In this document: piece after piece, positions 1 to 8,653 of the stretch
How positions within the stretch are numbered: the first letter of the stretch is position 1
Layout of the letters: every line of letters begins with the position of its first letter
Source: Candidatus Omnitrophota bacterium
GTDB lineage: Bacteria; Omnitrophota; Gorgyraeia; Zapsychrales; Fredricksoniimonadaceae
Assembly: GCA_903901225.1 (NCBI GenBank)
Contig: CAIUQE010000049.1
Location: 5,003-69,002, forward strand
Direction of reading: 5' to 3'
DNA length: 64,000 bases
Notes under the pieces: generated by a model
What the model was told of the DNA's origin: nothing
The model's input: the letters and a program-made list of their open reading frames with translations, nothing else
The model's database searches: none
Position numbers and translations under genes: made by a program

Positions 1-2184
1 AGCCTGGTGATCATGTTCTTCCTGTGGCATTTTCCGTCCGCGAGCGTGCCCATTGTGACCATCCCCGTGGCTGTCCTCTTGTCATTTATCCCGTTGTTCG
101 CCATGAAGGTCACGACGAACATCATGTCACTGGCGGGCATCGCGATCTCCATCGGTGTCCTGGTCGACGGGGCTATCGTTGAGGTTGAGAATGCTTACAA
201 GAATCTCCAGCTCTGGGAGGCGGGGGGGCGCAAAGGTGCCTATCGTGATGTGCTGTTGGGTTCTCTTAAGGAAGTTGGACCGTCGGTGTTCTTTTCGCTG
301 CTGGTCATTGCCGTCGCTTTTCTGCCTATTTTTACGCTCCTTGACCAGGAAGGGCGGCTGTTCCGGCCCCTTGCCTATAGCAAAAATTTTGCCATGGGTA
401 TCGCCGCATTGCTGGCGATCACCCTCAATCCGGCGATGCGCATGCTCTTCACCCGCATGGCGCCGGTTGAATTTCGTCCGCGCTGGTTCTCTTCGTTCTT
501 CAATACGATCACGGTCGGCAAGTATTACCCCGAGGAGAAGCATCCGGTCAGCCGTGTCCTGTTCAAGGTTTATGAACCGGTGTGCCGCTGGGTGATCCGT
601 CATTGGAAGGCGACGCTGGTGACGGCGGCGCTCCTGGTGGCGGTGAGCGTCCCGGTCTTCCTGCGCCTGGGTTCGGAGTTCATGCCGCCCTTGAACGAGG
701 GGGCCGTGCTTTACATGCCCACGACCCTGCCGGGGATATCCGTGACCGAGGCGCAAAAGCTCCTGCAGTCCATGGATCAGGCCATCATGACGGTCCCCGA
801 AGTGGAGCGCGTGTTCGGCAAGGCCGGCCGCGCTGAAACTTCGACGGATCCCGCGCCTTTCTCCATGATCGAAACAACGATCATCCTCAAGCCTGAGGCA
901 TCCTGGCCGAAGGGGACTACCTACGAGACCATCATTGCCGAACTCGACGGAAAAATGCAGTTTCCCGGCGTGACGAACGCCTGGACCATGCCCATCAAGG
1001 CGCGCATTGACATGCTGGCCACCGGCATCCGCACGCCTGTCGGCATCAAGATCTACGGCAAGGACCTTCGGGAGATCGAGCGCGTTGGTATTGATATCGA
1101 GAAGGTTGTCAAAAAAGTCCCCGGCACGCGCAGCGCTTACGCGGAGCGGGTGACCGGCGGGTATTTCCTGGATTTTAACATCAAGCGTGACGCCTTGGCC
1201 CGTTACGGGCTCACCGTGCAGGATGTGGAAGATACCATCATGGCCGCCATCGGCGGGGAGACCGTCACGACCACGATCGAAGGCCCTGAGCGTTATTCCG
1301 TGAATGTCCGTTATCTGCGGGAAACCAGGAGCGATGTCGCTGATCTCAAACGCGTCCTGGTGGCGACGCCTTCGGGGGCCCAGGTGCCGCTGGGGTTCAT
1401 CGCTGACCTTGAATTTGTCCAGGGCCCTTCGATGATCCGCAACGAGAACGGTATGCTTTCGGGGTATGTGTATGTCGATGTCGCCGGGCGCGATATCGGT
1501 CGTTATGTCCAGGAAGCCAAGGAGGCTGTCAGCCAAAGCATCCATCTGCCCCCGGGTTACGCGCTGGCGTGGAGCGGGCAGTACGAGAACATGATCCGCG
1601 TCAAAGAACGGCTGAAGGTGGTCGTGCCGTTGACGATCTTTCTTATCTTTATGCTGCTTTACATGAATACGCGTTCCGGTGCCAAGGCGGGGATCGTGAT
1701 GCTCGCGGTGCCGTTCTCGCTGGTGGGGGCGGTGTGGCTGTTATATATCCTCGGCTACAATGTTTCCATTGCCGTCTGGGTGGGGATGATCGCGCTCATG
1801 GGCCTGGATGCCGAGACCGGGGTTTTCATGCTCCTGTTCCTCGACCTGGCCTGCAGGGACGCGGCGCTGCGGGGCAAACTGCGCACGCGGGAAGACCTTG
1901 AGGAAGCGGTCGTGCACGGGGCGGTCAAGCGTATCCGTCCGAAGATGATGACGGTCATGGCCATGTTCATGGGCCTCGTGCCCATCATGTGGTCATCGGG
2001 GGCGGGCGCTGACATCATGAAACGCATTGCGGCGCCGATGATCGGAGGGATCTTTTCAAGTTTTATCCTCGAATTGCTGGTTTATCCGGCCGTGTACTTC
2101 ATTTGGAAATGGTATGGCGAGATGAAGAAGGGCACGGTTGACCTTGGTTTATTGCCCGTCGCGGGACCGCATGGGCATTCCTGA
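1..2184 (+). CDS. RND family heavy-metal efflux transporter (CusA/CzcA-like), 5'-truncated by the window edge; C-terminal ~725 aa present
   Basis: Open frame from nt 1. The translation shows multiple TM segments and large periplasmic loops typical of the HME-RND inner-membrane component (e.g. ...AGIAISIGVLVDGAIVEVEN..., ...VMLAVPFSLVGAVWLLYILGYN...). Confidence 0.85.
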   Translation, partial: SLVIMFFLWHFPSASVPIVTIPVAVLLSFIPLFAMKVTTNIMSLAGIAISIGVLVDGAIVEVENAYKNLQLWEAGGRKGAYRDVLLGSLKEVGPSVFFSLLVIAVAFLPIFTLLDQEGRLFRPLAYSKNFAMGIAALLAITLNPAMRMLFTRMAPVEFRPRWFSSFFNTITVGKYYPEEKHPVSRVLFKVYEPVCRWVIRHWKATLVTAALLVAVSVPVFLRLGSEFMPPLNEGAVLYMPTTLPGISVTEAQKLLQSMDQAIMTVPEVERVFGKAGRAETSTDPAPFSMIETTIILKPEASWPKGTTYETIIAELDGKMQFPGVTNAWTMPIKARIDMLATGIRTPVGIKIYGKDLREIERVGIDIEKVVKKVPGTRSAYAERVTGGYFLDFNIKRDALARYGLTVQDVEDTIMAAIGGETVTTTIEGPERYSVNVRYLRETRSDVADLKRVLVATPSGAQVPLGFIADLEFVQGPSMIRNENGMLSGYVYVDVAGRDIGRYVQEAKEAVSQSIHLPPGYALAWSGQYENMIRVKERLKVVVPLTIFLIFMLLYMNTRSGAKAGIVMLAVPFSLVGAVWLLYILGYNVSIAVWVGMIALMGLDAETGVFMLLFLDLACRDAALRGKLRTREDLEEAVVHGAVKRIRPKMMTVMAMFMGLVPIMWSSGAGADIMKRIAAPMIGGIFSSFILELLVYPAVYFIWKWYGEMKKGTVDLGLLPVAGPHGHS

Positions 2185-3478
2185 AAGGTTTGCCGGGTTC
2201 GGGCCCAACAAGCGCCAGGAAATTGCCCGCCTTGTTGTTGAGATCGCCAAACGCGATCGTCTTACACCCGTTACCGTCCTGGAGTGTATTCCCGCGGGTT
2301 GCAAGGCCTATCCTGCCGTCAAAGCGCATTTGCTGGCCCGCCGTTTCCCCGAGGCTTCCCGTCGTGGCGATAAAATATCCGAGGCATTCCCCGCTGTTGA
2401 GATCGATCCGGCCTGCGCCATGCCGCTGGGCCGCGGGGAAAATATCCCCGCTCCGCGGATGATCTACGTTGAAGAAGCCGTAAAGAATTCTGCCCTCGCG
2501 CGCCGTGCCACGCAAAAGTTCCCCGATGCCCGAGTGTCGCTGATCGCTGATTACAAGACCCACACCCGGCGTCAGGCGTTTGACATCCCCGCCTACAACC
2601 GCCGGACACAGGACCTGTTTATCATCAGGGAACAGTACGACCATTTCAAGCCGTGCCCGTGCTCACCGGGTGTTGTGCCGTGCGGGTACCATAATGCCAA
2701 TCTCGGGTTTGGCTGTCCCTTTGAATGCACGTATTGTTTTTTGCAGAGCTACGCGAACGCGCCGGGAATTGTCATTCCCGCCAACATTGAGGATCTTTTT
2801 CACACGTTCGATGGTTATCAGGATGGGGTGCGCGTGGGGTCGGGGGAGACCACGGATTCGCTGGTGTTTGACGGCCTGACGGGATTCGCGGGCGATATTG
2901 TTGAGCATTTCCGCGCCTTTCCGCGGCGTGTTTTTGAGTTCAAGACCAAAAGCACCAATGTCGCGGGGCTCCTGGCTGTCAAGGCGTCCTCCAATATCGT
3001 CGTCGGATGGTCGCTTAATCCGCAGAAGGTGATAGATGCGGAGGAACATTTTACCGCCAGCCTGGCCGGGCGGCTTGAGGCGGCCGCCCGTTGCGCCGCG
3101 CATGGTTACCGCACCGCGTTCCATTTTGATCCGGTCATTTATTTTCCGGGTTGGGAGGGGGCGTATGAGGGGGTGGTGCAGCAGCTTTTCAGGGCGGTCC
3201 CAGCCCAGAGCATTGCCTGGATCAGCGTGGGGACATTACGGATGACGCCTTCGCAGAAAAAAGTCATTGAAAATCGCTTCCCGGAGAATACAATCCTTGA
3301 TGCGGAACTGTTCACGGCCGCTGACGGGAAGTTGCGTTACGCGCCCGCGGTGCGCCGTGAGATCTACCGCGCGATGCTCGCGTGGATCGGACGCGTGGCG
3401 GCCCCATCGACGAAGGTCTATTTGTGCATGGAGACCGCGTCAATGTGGAAAGAAGCCGGGGCGAGGGTGATTTGGTGA
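2138..3478 (+). CDS. Radical SAM DNA-repair-type enzyme (spore photoproduct lyase / SplB-like family)
   Basis: The CxxxCxxC motif GCPFECTYCF sits about 100 aa after the internal Met at nt 2420. The C-terminal half is SplB-like. The true start may be 2420, because the upstream 94 codons overlap the RND gene end. Confidence 0.65.
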   Translation: MTLVYCPSRDRMGIPERFAGFGPNKRQEIARLVVEIAKRDRLTPVTVLECIPAGCKAYPAVKAHLLARRFPEASRRGDKISEAFPAVEIDPACAMPLGRGENIPAPRMIYVEEAVKNSALARRATQKFPDARVSLIADYKTHTRRQAFDIPAYNRRTQDLFIIREQYDHFKPCPCSPGVVPCGYHNANLGFGCPFECTYCFLQSYANAPGIVIPANIEDLFHTFDGYQDGVRVGSGETTDSLVFDGLTGFAGDIVEHFRAFPRRVFEFKTKSTNVAGLLAVKASSNIVVGWSLNPQKVIDAEEHFTASLAGRLEAAARCAAHGYRTAFHFDPVIYFPGWEGAYEGVVQQLFRAVPAQSIAWISVGTLRMTPSQKKVIENRFPENTILDAELFTAADGKLRYAPAVRREIYRAMLAWIGRVAAPSTKVYLCMETASMWKEAGARVIW

Positions 3479-3479
3479 T

Positions 3480-3507
3480 GCGTAGGGGAGGACCTTGTGT
3501 CCTCCCG
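3480..3507. repeat. Small palindromic repeat, GCGTAGGGG-hairpin family, copy 1 (stem gggaggac / gtcctccc, loop cttgt). It begins 2 nt after the stop codon of the SplB-like gene.
   Basis: Direct reading: gcgtaggggaggaccttgtgtcctccc. It shares the 9-nt leader gcgtagggg with the copies at 3940, 13437 and 27727. Confidence 0.6.
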
Positions 3508-3577
3508 TCAGAGAATATAGTATTTGATACCCGGCCATTTATCACCGATATGAGCCAAGGGTATTTGGGTAGATTGG

Positions 3578-3928
3578 ATGAAAAGAACTATGAGCACAAA
3601 AGAAAAGATACACAAAGGCAGTGGCAATATTTTTGCTGATATCGGCGTTGTTCATCCGGAACGGGTGATGGCGCGCGCCCAGGTAATGTCACGGATCACG
3701 GAGATCATTAACGAGCGTGATCTCACGCAGAAGGCTGCTGCCGAGCTTTTGGGCATCCCTCAATCTAAAGTCTCGTGCCTGATGAACGGGAAGATCAGCA
3801 TGTTCTCTCTTGATCATTTATTTGAACTTTTAAACGCGCTTGATAGAGATGTTGAGATCGTTATTCACCCCAAGTTGAAAGGTGAGCGGGTTGCCACGAC
3901 GTATGTGCTGATGACCGCAGCGGCGTGA
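3578..3928 (+). CDS. XRE-family helix-turn-helix protein, antitoxin-like (HigA-type architecture); no cognate toxin gene adjacent
   Basis: An HTH is followed by a C-terminal dimerisation-like segment. ...TQKAAAELLGIPQSKVSCLMNGK... is a typical XRE HTH. The N-terminal GSGNIFADIG motif is common in type II antitoxin-like regulators. Confidence 0.6.
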   Translation: MKRTMSTKEKIHKGSGNIFADIGVVHPERVMARAQVMSRITEIINERDLTQKAAAELLGIPQSKVSCLMNGKISMFSLDHLFELLNALDRDVEIVIHPKLKGERVATTYVLMTAAA

Positions 3929-3939
3929 ATTTTTTTTGC

Positions 3940-3968
3940 GCGTAGGGGCGGGTCTGTGACCCGCCCAC
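3940..3968. repeat. Small palindromic repeat, GCGTAGGGG-hairpin family, copy 2 (stem gggcgggtc / gacccgccc, loop tgt). It is intergenic, 12 nt after the stop of the HTH gene and preceded by a T8 run.
   Basis: gcgtaggggcgggtctgtgacccgcccac. It is identical to the copy at 27727-27754 except for 2 loop nucleotides. Confidence 0.65.
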
Positions 3969-4157
3969 ATGACAGATATGTTAAAAAAGGGGCTAGTAAA
4001 ATGAAAAATTCCCCTCCCCTGCCGGCAGGCAGGCCTTGTGGGAGGGGTTAGGGGAGGGGGTTGAGAGGAGAGGCACAAATCGTAGTAAGGACAGAAGTTA
4101 GATGGATTAAAAGCTAAAATTTTTTACAGAACGATTCGTCAGGATGGTGGGTCATAT

Positions 4158-4478
4158 ATGAAAGAAATTACGGTTAAAGAGCATCTTCAGGAAAAACTTA
4201 AAGACCCATATTTCAGAGAGCTTTACGAACTTGAGCAGCAGAAATTTGGCATCGTCAGGAAAATCATTGATTACAGAATTAAGAACCATTTAAGCCAGAC
4301 GGATCTGGCGGAGAAAATTGGCGTTTCTCAACAGCATATATCGAAGATTGAGAGTGGAGAGTTCAGCAGTGTCGCAACGTTAGAGAAGGTTTTATTGGGT
4401 ATTGGCCTGACCGTCAGAATGGAAGCGGTGAAGTTAAGCCACCCGTTACAGGTAAAAAGAGCTTTGGCCTTAGCTTGA
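4158..4478 (+). CDS. XRE-family HTH transcriptional regulator
   Basis: ...NHLSQTDLAEKIGVSQQHISKIESGEF... is a canonical Cro/C1-type HTH. There is an RBS-like GGTGGG upstream. Confidence 0.65.
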   Translation: MKEITVKEHLQEKLKDPYFRELYELEQQKFGIVRKIIDYRIKNHLSQTDLAEKIGVSQQHISKIESGEFSSVATLEKVLLGIGLTVRMEAVKLSHPLQVKRALALA

Positions 4479-4562
4479 GTTTGCACAGTGAATTGATGAG
4501 TGAATGTTGATACGCGGCAATAGGATCGCAAAGAACAATGAGATCAGGAAGGAAAAACAGAT

Positions 4563-5159
4563 ATGACAGAATACGTAAAACCGGCCTGGAAGGAAGACAC
4601 CCGGAAGGCTGATCCGAAGGCGGTGGCCAGGATCGTCCTGTTGTCGATCATCGGCGTGCTTGTCCTTGCTGTTGTGACGGCGGGGGTATGGTTCCTGCTG
4701 GTGTTCAAGCAATACCGCAATGATGCCGCGAAGGTGCGGTTGTATTATCCGGGCAGCTGGGCGGTCAAGGAAAAGCCCCTGGACAATGTGGTGGCCATTT
4801 TTGTTTCCCCCAAGGAGACGGCCCTTGACAGTTTCCAGGAGACGGTCAATGTTTCGATCTATGACATGACCCCCAACATTATTTCCCAGGACGAGTATGT
4901 CAGGATGGCCCTTGGCCAGATCACGGCGGTGTTCAAGGACCTGACCGTCACGGAGAAGAAACCGTTCCAGGTGGCGGGACATGACGGTTACCGGGTTGAG
5001 CTCAAGGTCAGGGGGGCCCCCGCGATGACCCTCGTCGTCTATCTTTTTACGATCCGCGAAAAAGGGTATAACCTTTTTTACATGGGCACCGAGGACCGTT
5101 ATCCCAAGGACAAGGCCATGCTTGATCTTATGGCGTGGAGCATGCAGGTGGCCTTTTGA
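4563..5159 (+). CDS. Hypothetical membrane-anchored protein (single N-terminal TM segment; extracytoplasmic domain of unknown function)
   Basis: TM helix IVLLSIIGVLVLAVVTAGVWFLLV, followed by a ~150-aa soluble domain. No motif recognised. Confidence 0.5.
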   Translation: MTEYVKPAWKEDTRKADPKAVARIVLLSIIGVLVLAVVTAGVWFLLVFKQYRNDAAKVRLYYPGSWAVKEKPLDNVVAIFVSPKETALDSFQETVNVSIYDMTPNIISQDEYVRMALGQITAVFKDLTVTEKKPFQVAGHDGYRVELKVRGAPAMTLVVYLFTIREKGYNLFYMGTEDRYPKDKAMLDLMAWSMQVAF

Positions 5160-6187
5160 GCCCATCGGCCCCGGCCTGTCCTGTTTTTGGAACTTGCGGC
5201 GGATGCCAGTACCAGCATCTTTCCTATGAGGAGGAGCTCGCCGTCAAGGAACGCGCGTTGAAAGACGCTCTTGCCGCCCGCGTCGCGCTTGAGGACCGTG
5301 TTTTTTCCCCCATTGAGCCTTCGCCGAAAGTTTACCATTACCGCAACAGGCTTGACCTTAAGCTCATCCACCGGCGCAACGGCGACGTCCACGTCGGATT
5401 TTCATCGGCGGAGCGGGGGCCCTTGATCGAGATCGAGGCGTGCCCCATTGCCATGGAGCCGATATCAGATTTCATCCCCCGCCTGCGCGCGGAAGCGGCG
5501 GCGAAGATCCCCAAGGACTATCGCATGGCCAATTTGACCGTGCGTTGCGGCGAGGGGGGCAATGTGCGCTGGGGCGGCATTGGCCACAATTCATTGCGGC
5601 TTGAGGCACGGGATTATTTTTTCACGGACATTTTCGGGCGCAGGATATATTACGCGCTCGACGCGTTCTTTCAGGCGAACCTCTCGATATTGCCGCAGCT
5701 CGTCGGGTTCCTGCGCGCGCGGCCGATGTGGGCCAAAGACACGGTTTTCTTCGACCTTTACGGCGGGGTGGGGCTTTTTGGCCTGTGCCTCAGCGACCTC
5801 GTGGCCCGGGTGGTCAATATCGAGGAGAATGTCCACGCGATCCGCCTGGCGAAGTATAATGCTGTTGCCAATGCCGTGAGCAACGCCGAGATCGTCGAGG
5901 GACGGATGGAAGATGTCCTCCCCGGCCTTGCGGCCAGGGCATTGCCCGGAGCGCATGTCGTCATGGTCGACCCGCCCAGGGCGGGACTCAGCGACAGCGC
6001 GATCGCGCTTTTGAATGGGTTGGCGCAGGCCAAGTATCTGGTCTATCTGTCCTGTGAGCCGGGGAGCCTGGCCGATAATTTGAAGGACCTCCTGACGGGT
6101 GGTTGGTCTGTGGAGCTGGTCAAGCCGTTCGATCTTTTCCCCCGCACACGGCACCTGGAAACACTGGTGATCCTCAAAAGGAGTTGA
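5135..6187 (+). CDS. Class I SAM-dependent RNA (uracil-5-)-methyltransferase, RlmD/RumA-like (no TRAM domain)
   Basis: N-terminal Cys cluster CPVFGTCGGCQYQH (Fe-S site of the RumA family). SAM motif DLYGGVGLFGL. C-terminal catalytic region ...VDPPRAGL... Confidence 0.7.
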   Translation: MEHAGGLLSPSAPACPVFGTCGGCQYQHLSYEEELAVKERALKDALAARVALEDRVFSPIEPSPKVYHYRNRLDLKLIHRRNGDVHVGFSSAERGPLIEIEACPIAMEPISDFIPRLRAEAAAKIPKDYRMANLTVRCGEGGNVRWGGIGHNSLRLEARDYFFTDIFGRRIYYALDAFFQANLSILPQLVGFLRARPMWAKDTVFFDLYGGVGLFGLCLSDLVARVVNIEENVHAIRLAKYNAVANAVSNAEIVEGRMEDVLPGLAARALPGAHVVMVDPPRAGLSDSAIALLNGLAQAKYLVYLSCEPGSLADNLKDLLTGGWSVELVKPFDLFPRTRHLETLVILKRS

Positions 6188-6188
6188 T

Positions 6189-6812
6189 ATGGCCGACGAT
6201 CTTTACATCAGGCAAATGCTCCTGGGCGACCTGGAGAACTTCACGTATATCCTCGCCGACAAGGCCTCGGGCGCGGCGTGCGTGATCGACCCCGCGGCGG
6301 ACCCCGCGACGATCAAGGCCGTGCTTGAGAAGGAAAAATTCTCCCTGAAGATGATCCTTTTGACCCACGGGCACTATGACCATGTGGTCGGTGTCGATAA
6401 ATATGACGTCCCTGTTCACCTGTCATCGGCGGAGGCGGTCTTTTACCTCCCGGCGGCCAAACATTTGACGCGCACGCTCGACGGTGAAAAGGTCCGGCTG
6501 GGGCCGTTCGTCATTGAAGCCCTCCACACGCCGGGGCACACGCCGGGATGCCAGTGTTTCCTGGTGGAGGGGAATTTGTTCACCGGCGACACGCTGTTCA
6601 TGGAGGCGGTCGGCCGCACGGATTTTCCGGGGGGGGATGCCAGGCAGCTGTTCAACAGCCTTCAGCGCGTCAAGGCGCTTCCTGACACGACCGTGGTGTG
6701 GCCGGGACATAATTACGGCTCTGGTCGCAGCGGCATCCTTGGGGACATGAAACGGAGCAATCCGTATCTCGCGTGCGAGGACATTAAAGAATTTTTATCT
6801 TATCTTGGTTAA
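6189..6812 (+). CDS. MBL-fold metallo-hydrolase (glyoxalase II-like)
   Basis: THGHYDH metal-binding motif, with downstream HTPGHTPG and the GD...D pattern. Confidence 0.8.
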   Translation: MADDLYIRQMLLGDLENFTYILADKASGAACVIDPAADPATIKAVLEKEKFSLKMILLTHGHYDHVVGVDKYDVPVHLSSAEAVFYLPAAKHLTRTLDGEKVRLGPFVIEALHTPGHTPGCQCFLVEGNLFTGDTLFMEAVGRTDFPGGDARQLFNSLQRVKALPDTTVVWPGHNYGSGRSGILGDMKRSNPYLACEDIKEFLSYLG

Positions 6813-6827
6813 TAGAAAGGGGTTCAT

Positions 6828-7379
6828 ATGGCTTTGCTCGAATCTGTCAAGGTCCCGCTCGGAACGCTGATGCCGTCCTTCGCCTTGCGCGATCCGTCGG
6901 GAAAAGAATTCCGCGGCGACGACCTTTTCGGCGACCGGGGGCTGCTGGTCATTTTCACCTGCAACCATTGCCCTTATGCCAACGCGGTCTGGCCGCGCCT
7001 GGCCCGCCTTGGCGTCTACGCGGCGGGGATGCGGCTGGGGGTTGTCGCGATCAATCCGAACATCAATCCCGACTTTCCCGATGACGCCCCCGGCAAGATG
7101 GCGGGGAAGGCCCGTGAACTGGGATTAACGTTCCCTTATCTTGCGGACGAGACCCAGTCCGTGGCCAAGGCGTTCAAGGCGCAGTGCACCCCCGATATTT
7201 ATCTTTACAATAAAAACAAGGAACTGGTTTATCACGGGCGCATCGACGACAACTGGAAAGACGAGGATGCCGTGACGCGCGAAGAGCTTAAGGAGGCCAT
7301 GAACAACCTGGCCGCGGGTATTCCGGTTGACAAGAAGCAGATGCCGGCCATGGGCTGTTCGATCAAATGGCGGGGCTGA
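6828..7379 (+). CDS. Thioredoxin-fold thiol-disulfide oxidoreductase (AhpC/TSA-like)
   Basis: CxxC active site FTCNHCPY. Overall thioredoxin-like length. Confidence 0.7.
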   Translation: MALLESVKVPLGTLMPSFALRDPSGKEFRGDDLFGDRGLLVIFTCNHCPYANAVWPRLARLGVYAAGMRLGVVAINPNINPDFPDDAPGKMAGKARELGLTFPYLADETQSVAKAFKAQCTPDIYLYNKNKELVYHGRIDDNWKDEDAVTREELKEAMNNLAAGIPVDKKQMPAMGCSIKWRG

Positions 7380-8653
7380 TCCCGGTCCCCGAAGGCGCGG
7401 GGTCGTGGCGCAAGTTCCTCGCTTTTTTCGGTCCCGGGCTCATGATCGCTGTGGGGTATATCGACCCCGGCAACTGGGCCACGGACCTTTCGGCGGGGGC
7501 GAAGTACGGGTATGAACTTTTGTTCATTATCCTTGGGGCCAATCTTTTTGCCCTCCTGTTCCAGTACCTGGCGTTGAAGCTGGGGATCGTGACGGGCCGC
7601 GACCTGGCCCAGGCGTGCGGTGATCGTTTCTCCAGGCCGGTCAGCGTTGCCTTGTGGTTGTTGTGCGAAGTGGCCATCATTTCGTGCGACCTGGCTGAGG
7701 TGATCGGTTCCGCGATCGCGCTTAACCTTCTTTTTGGTATTCCGCTTGTCGCGGGGATCATCATCACGGGACTGGATGTTTTCGTGGTCCTGGCAGTTCA
7801 GGCCAAGGGGTTCCGCTACCTGGAGTCGTTGGTGGCGGGGCTCATGTTCATCATCGGCGCGGCATTCACCTACGAGATCGTTGTTTCCCATCCGGTCTGG
7901 GGCGCTGTGGCGCGGGGATTCCTGCCGCCGTTAAAGACCGTCGTCGATCCCGGCATGCTTTACGCGGCGATCGGCATCATCGGCGCCACGGTCATGCCGC
8001 ACAATCTTTATCTGCATTCAAGCATTGTTCAGACGCGCGCGTTCAGCCGGGATGATAAAGGAAAGTCGATGGCCGTGAAGTACGCGACGATCGATATCGT
8101 CATGGCGCTCACGTTCGCGTTTTTCATCAACGCGGCGATCCTGGTACTGAGCGCGGCGGCCTTCCATGGCACGGGGCACGCGGACATCGCGGATATCAAT
8201 GACGCCTACCGGCTCCTGGCGCCGACCCTTGGCGCGCCGCTGGCGGGGGTTATTTTCGGGGTCGCACTGCTGGCTTCAGGCCAAAGTTCGACGCTGACCG
8301 GGACCCTGGCGGGGCAGATCGTGATGGAAGGTTTCCTGAACCTCCGCGTGAGGCCGTGGGTAAGGCGCGTCATCACGCGGATGCTCGCCATTATCCCCGC
8401 GATGGGCGTGGCGATGGCGATGGGGAGCCGGGGGGTTGGCCAGTTGCTCGTTCTCAGCCAGGTGATCCTCTCGTTCCAGCTGGCCTTTGCCGTCGTGCCG
8501 CTGGTATGTTTCACGGGCGACGGGCGTTTGATGGGGCGTTTCGTCAACCGCCCGTGGCTGAAGGTCGCGGGTTGGGCCGCGGCCGCGGGCATCATCGGGC
8601 TGAACCTATTTCTTATCGGACAATTGGTGGGCTTATGTATAAAAAGATCCTGA
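7367..8653 (+). CDS. mntH: Nramp-family divalent metal (Mn2+/Fe2+) transporter
   Basis: GPGLMIAVGYIDPGNWATDLSAG and MPHNLYLHSS are signature Nramp motifs. It has ~11 TM segments. Confidence 0.85.
   Translation: MAGLIPVPEGAGSWRKFLAFFGPGLMIAVGYIDPGNWATDLSAGAKYGYELLFIILGANLFALLFQYLALKLGIVTGRDLAQACGDRFSRPVSVALWLLCEVAIISCDLAEVIGSAIALNLLFGIPLVAGIIITGLDVFVVLAVQAKGFRYLESLVAGLMFIIGAAFTYEIVVSHPVWGAVARGFLPPLKTVVDPGMLYAAIGIIGATVMPHNLYLHSSIVQTRAFSRDDKGKSMAVKYATIDIVMALTFAFFINAAILVLSAAAFHGTGHADIADINDAYRLLAPTLGAPLAGVIFGVALLASGQSSTLTGTLAGQIVMEGFLNLRVRPWVRRVITRMLAIIPAMGVAMAMGSRGVGQLLVLSQVILSFQLAFAVVPLVCFTGDGRLMGRFVNRPWLKVAGWAAAAGIIGLNLFLIGQLVGLCIKRS

Noticed and set aside
127-1545. 472-aa minus-strand ORF inside the RND efflux gene
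   Set aside because: It is antisense to a confidently identified RND transporter. Its Arg/His/Asp-rich low-complexity translation is typical of spurious antisense ORFs in GC-rich DNA.
3382-3639. 85-codon + strand ORF upstream of the first HTH gene, considered as a possible toxin partner
   Set aside because: It overlaps the 3' end of the SplB-like gene in another frame and runs into the HTH gene. It has no similarity to RelE/HigB/ParE-type toxins and no RBS.
3929-3968. T8 run plus GC hairpin considered as an intrinsic terminator
   Set aside because: The U-tract precedes rather than follows the hairpin on the + strand. On the minus strand the hairpin is followed by an A-tract. Neither orientation is canonical, so it was reclassified as a REP-like repeat.
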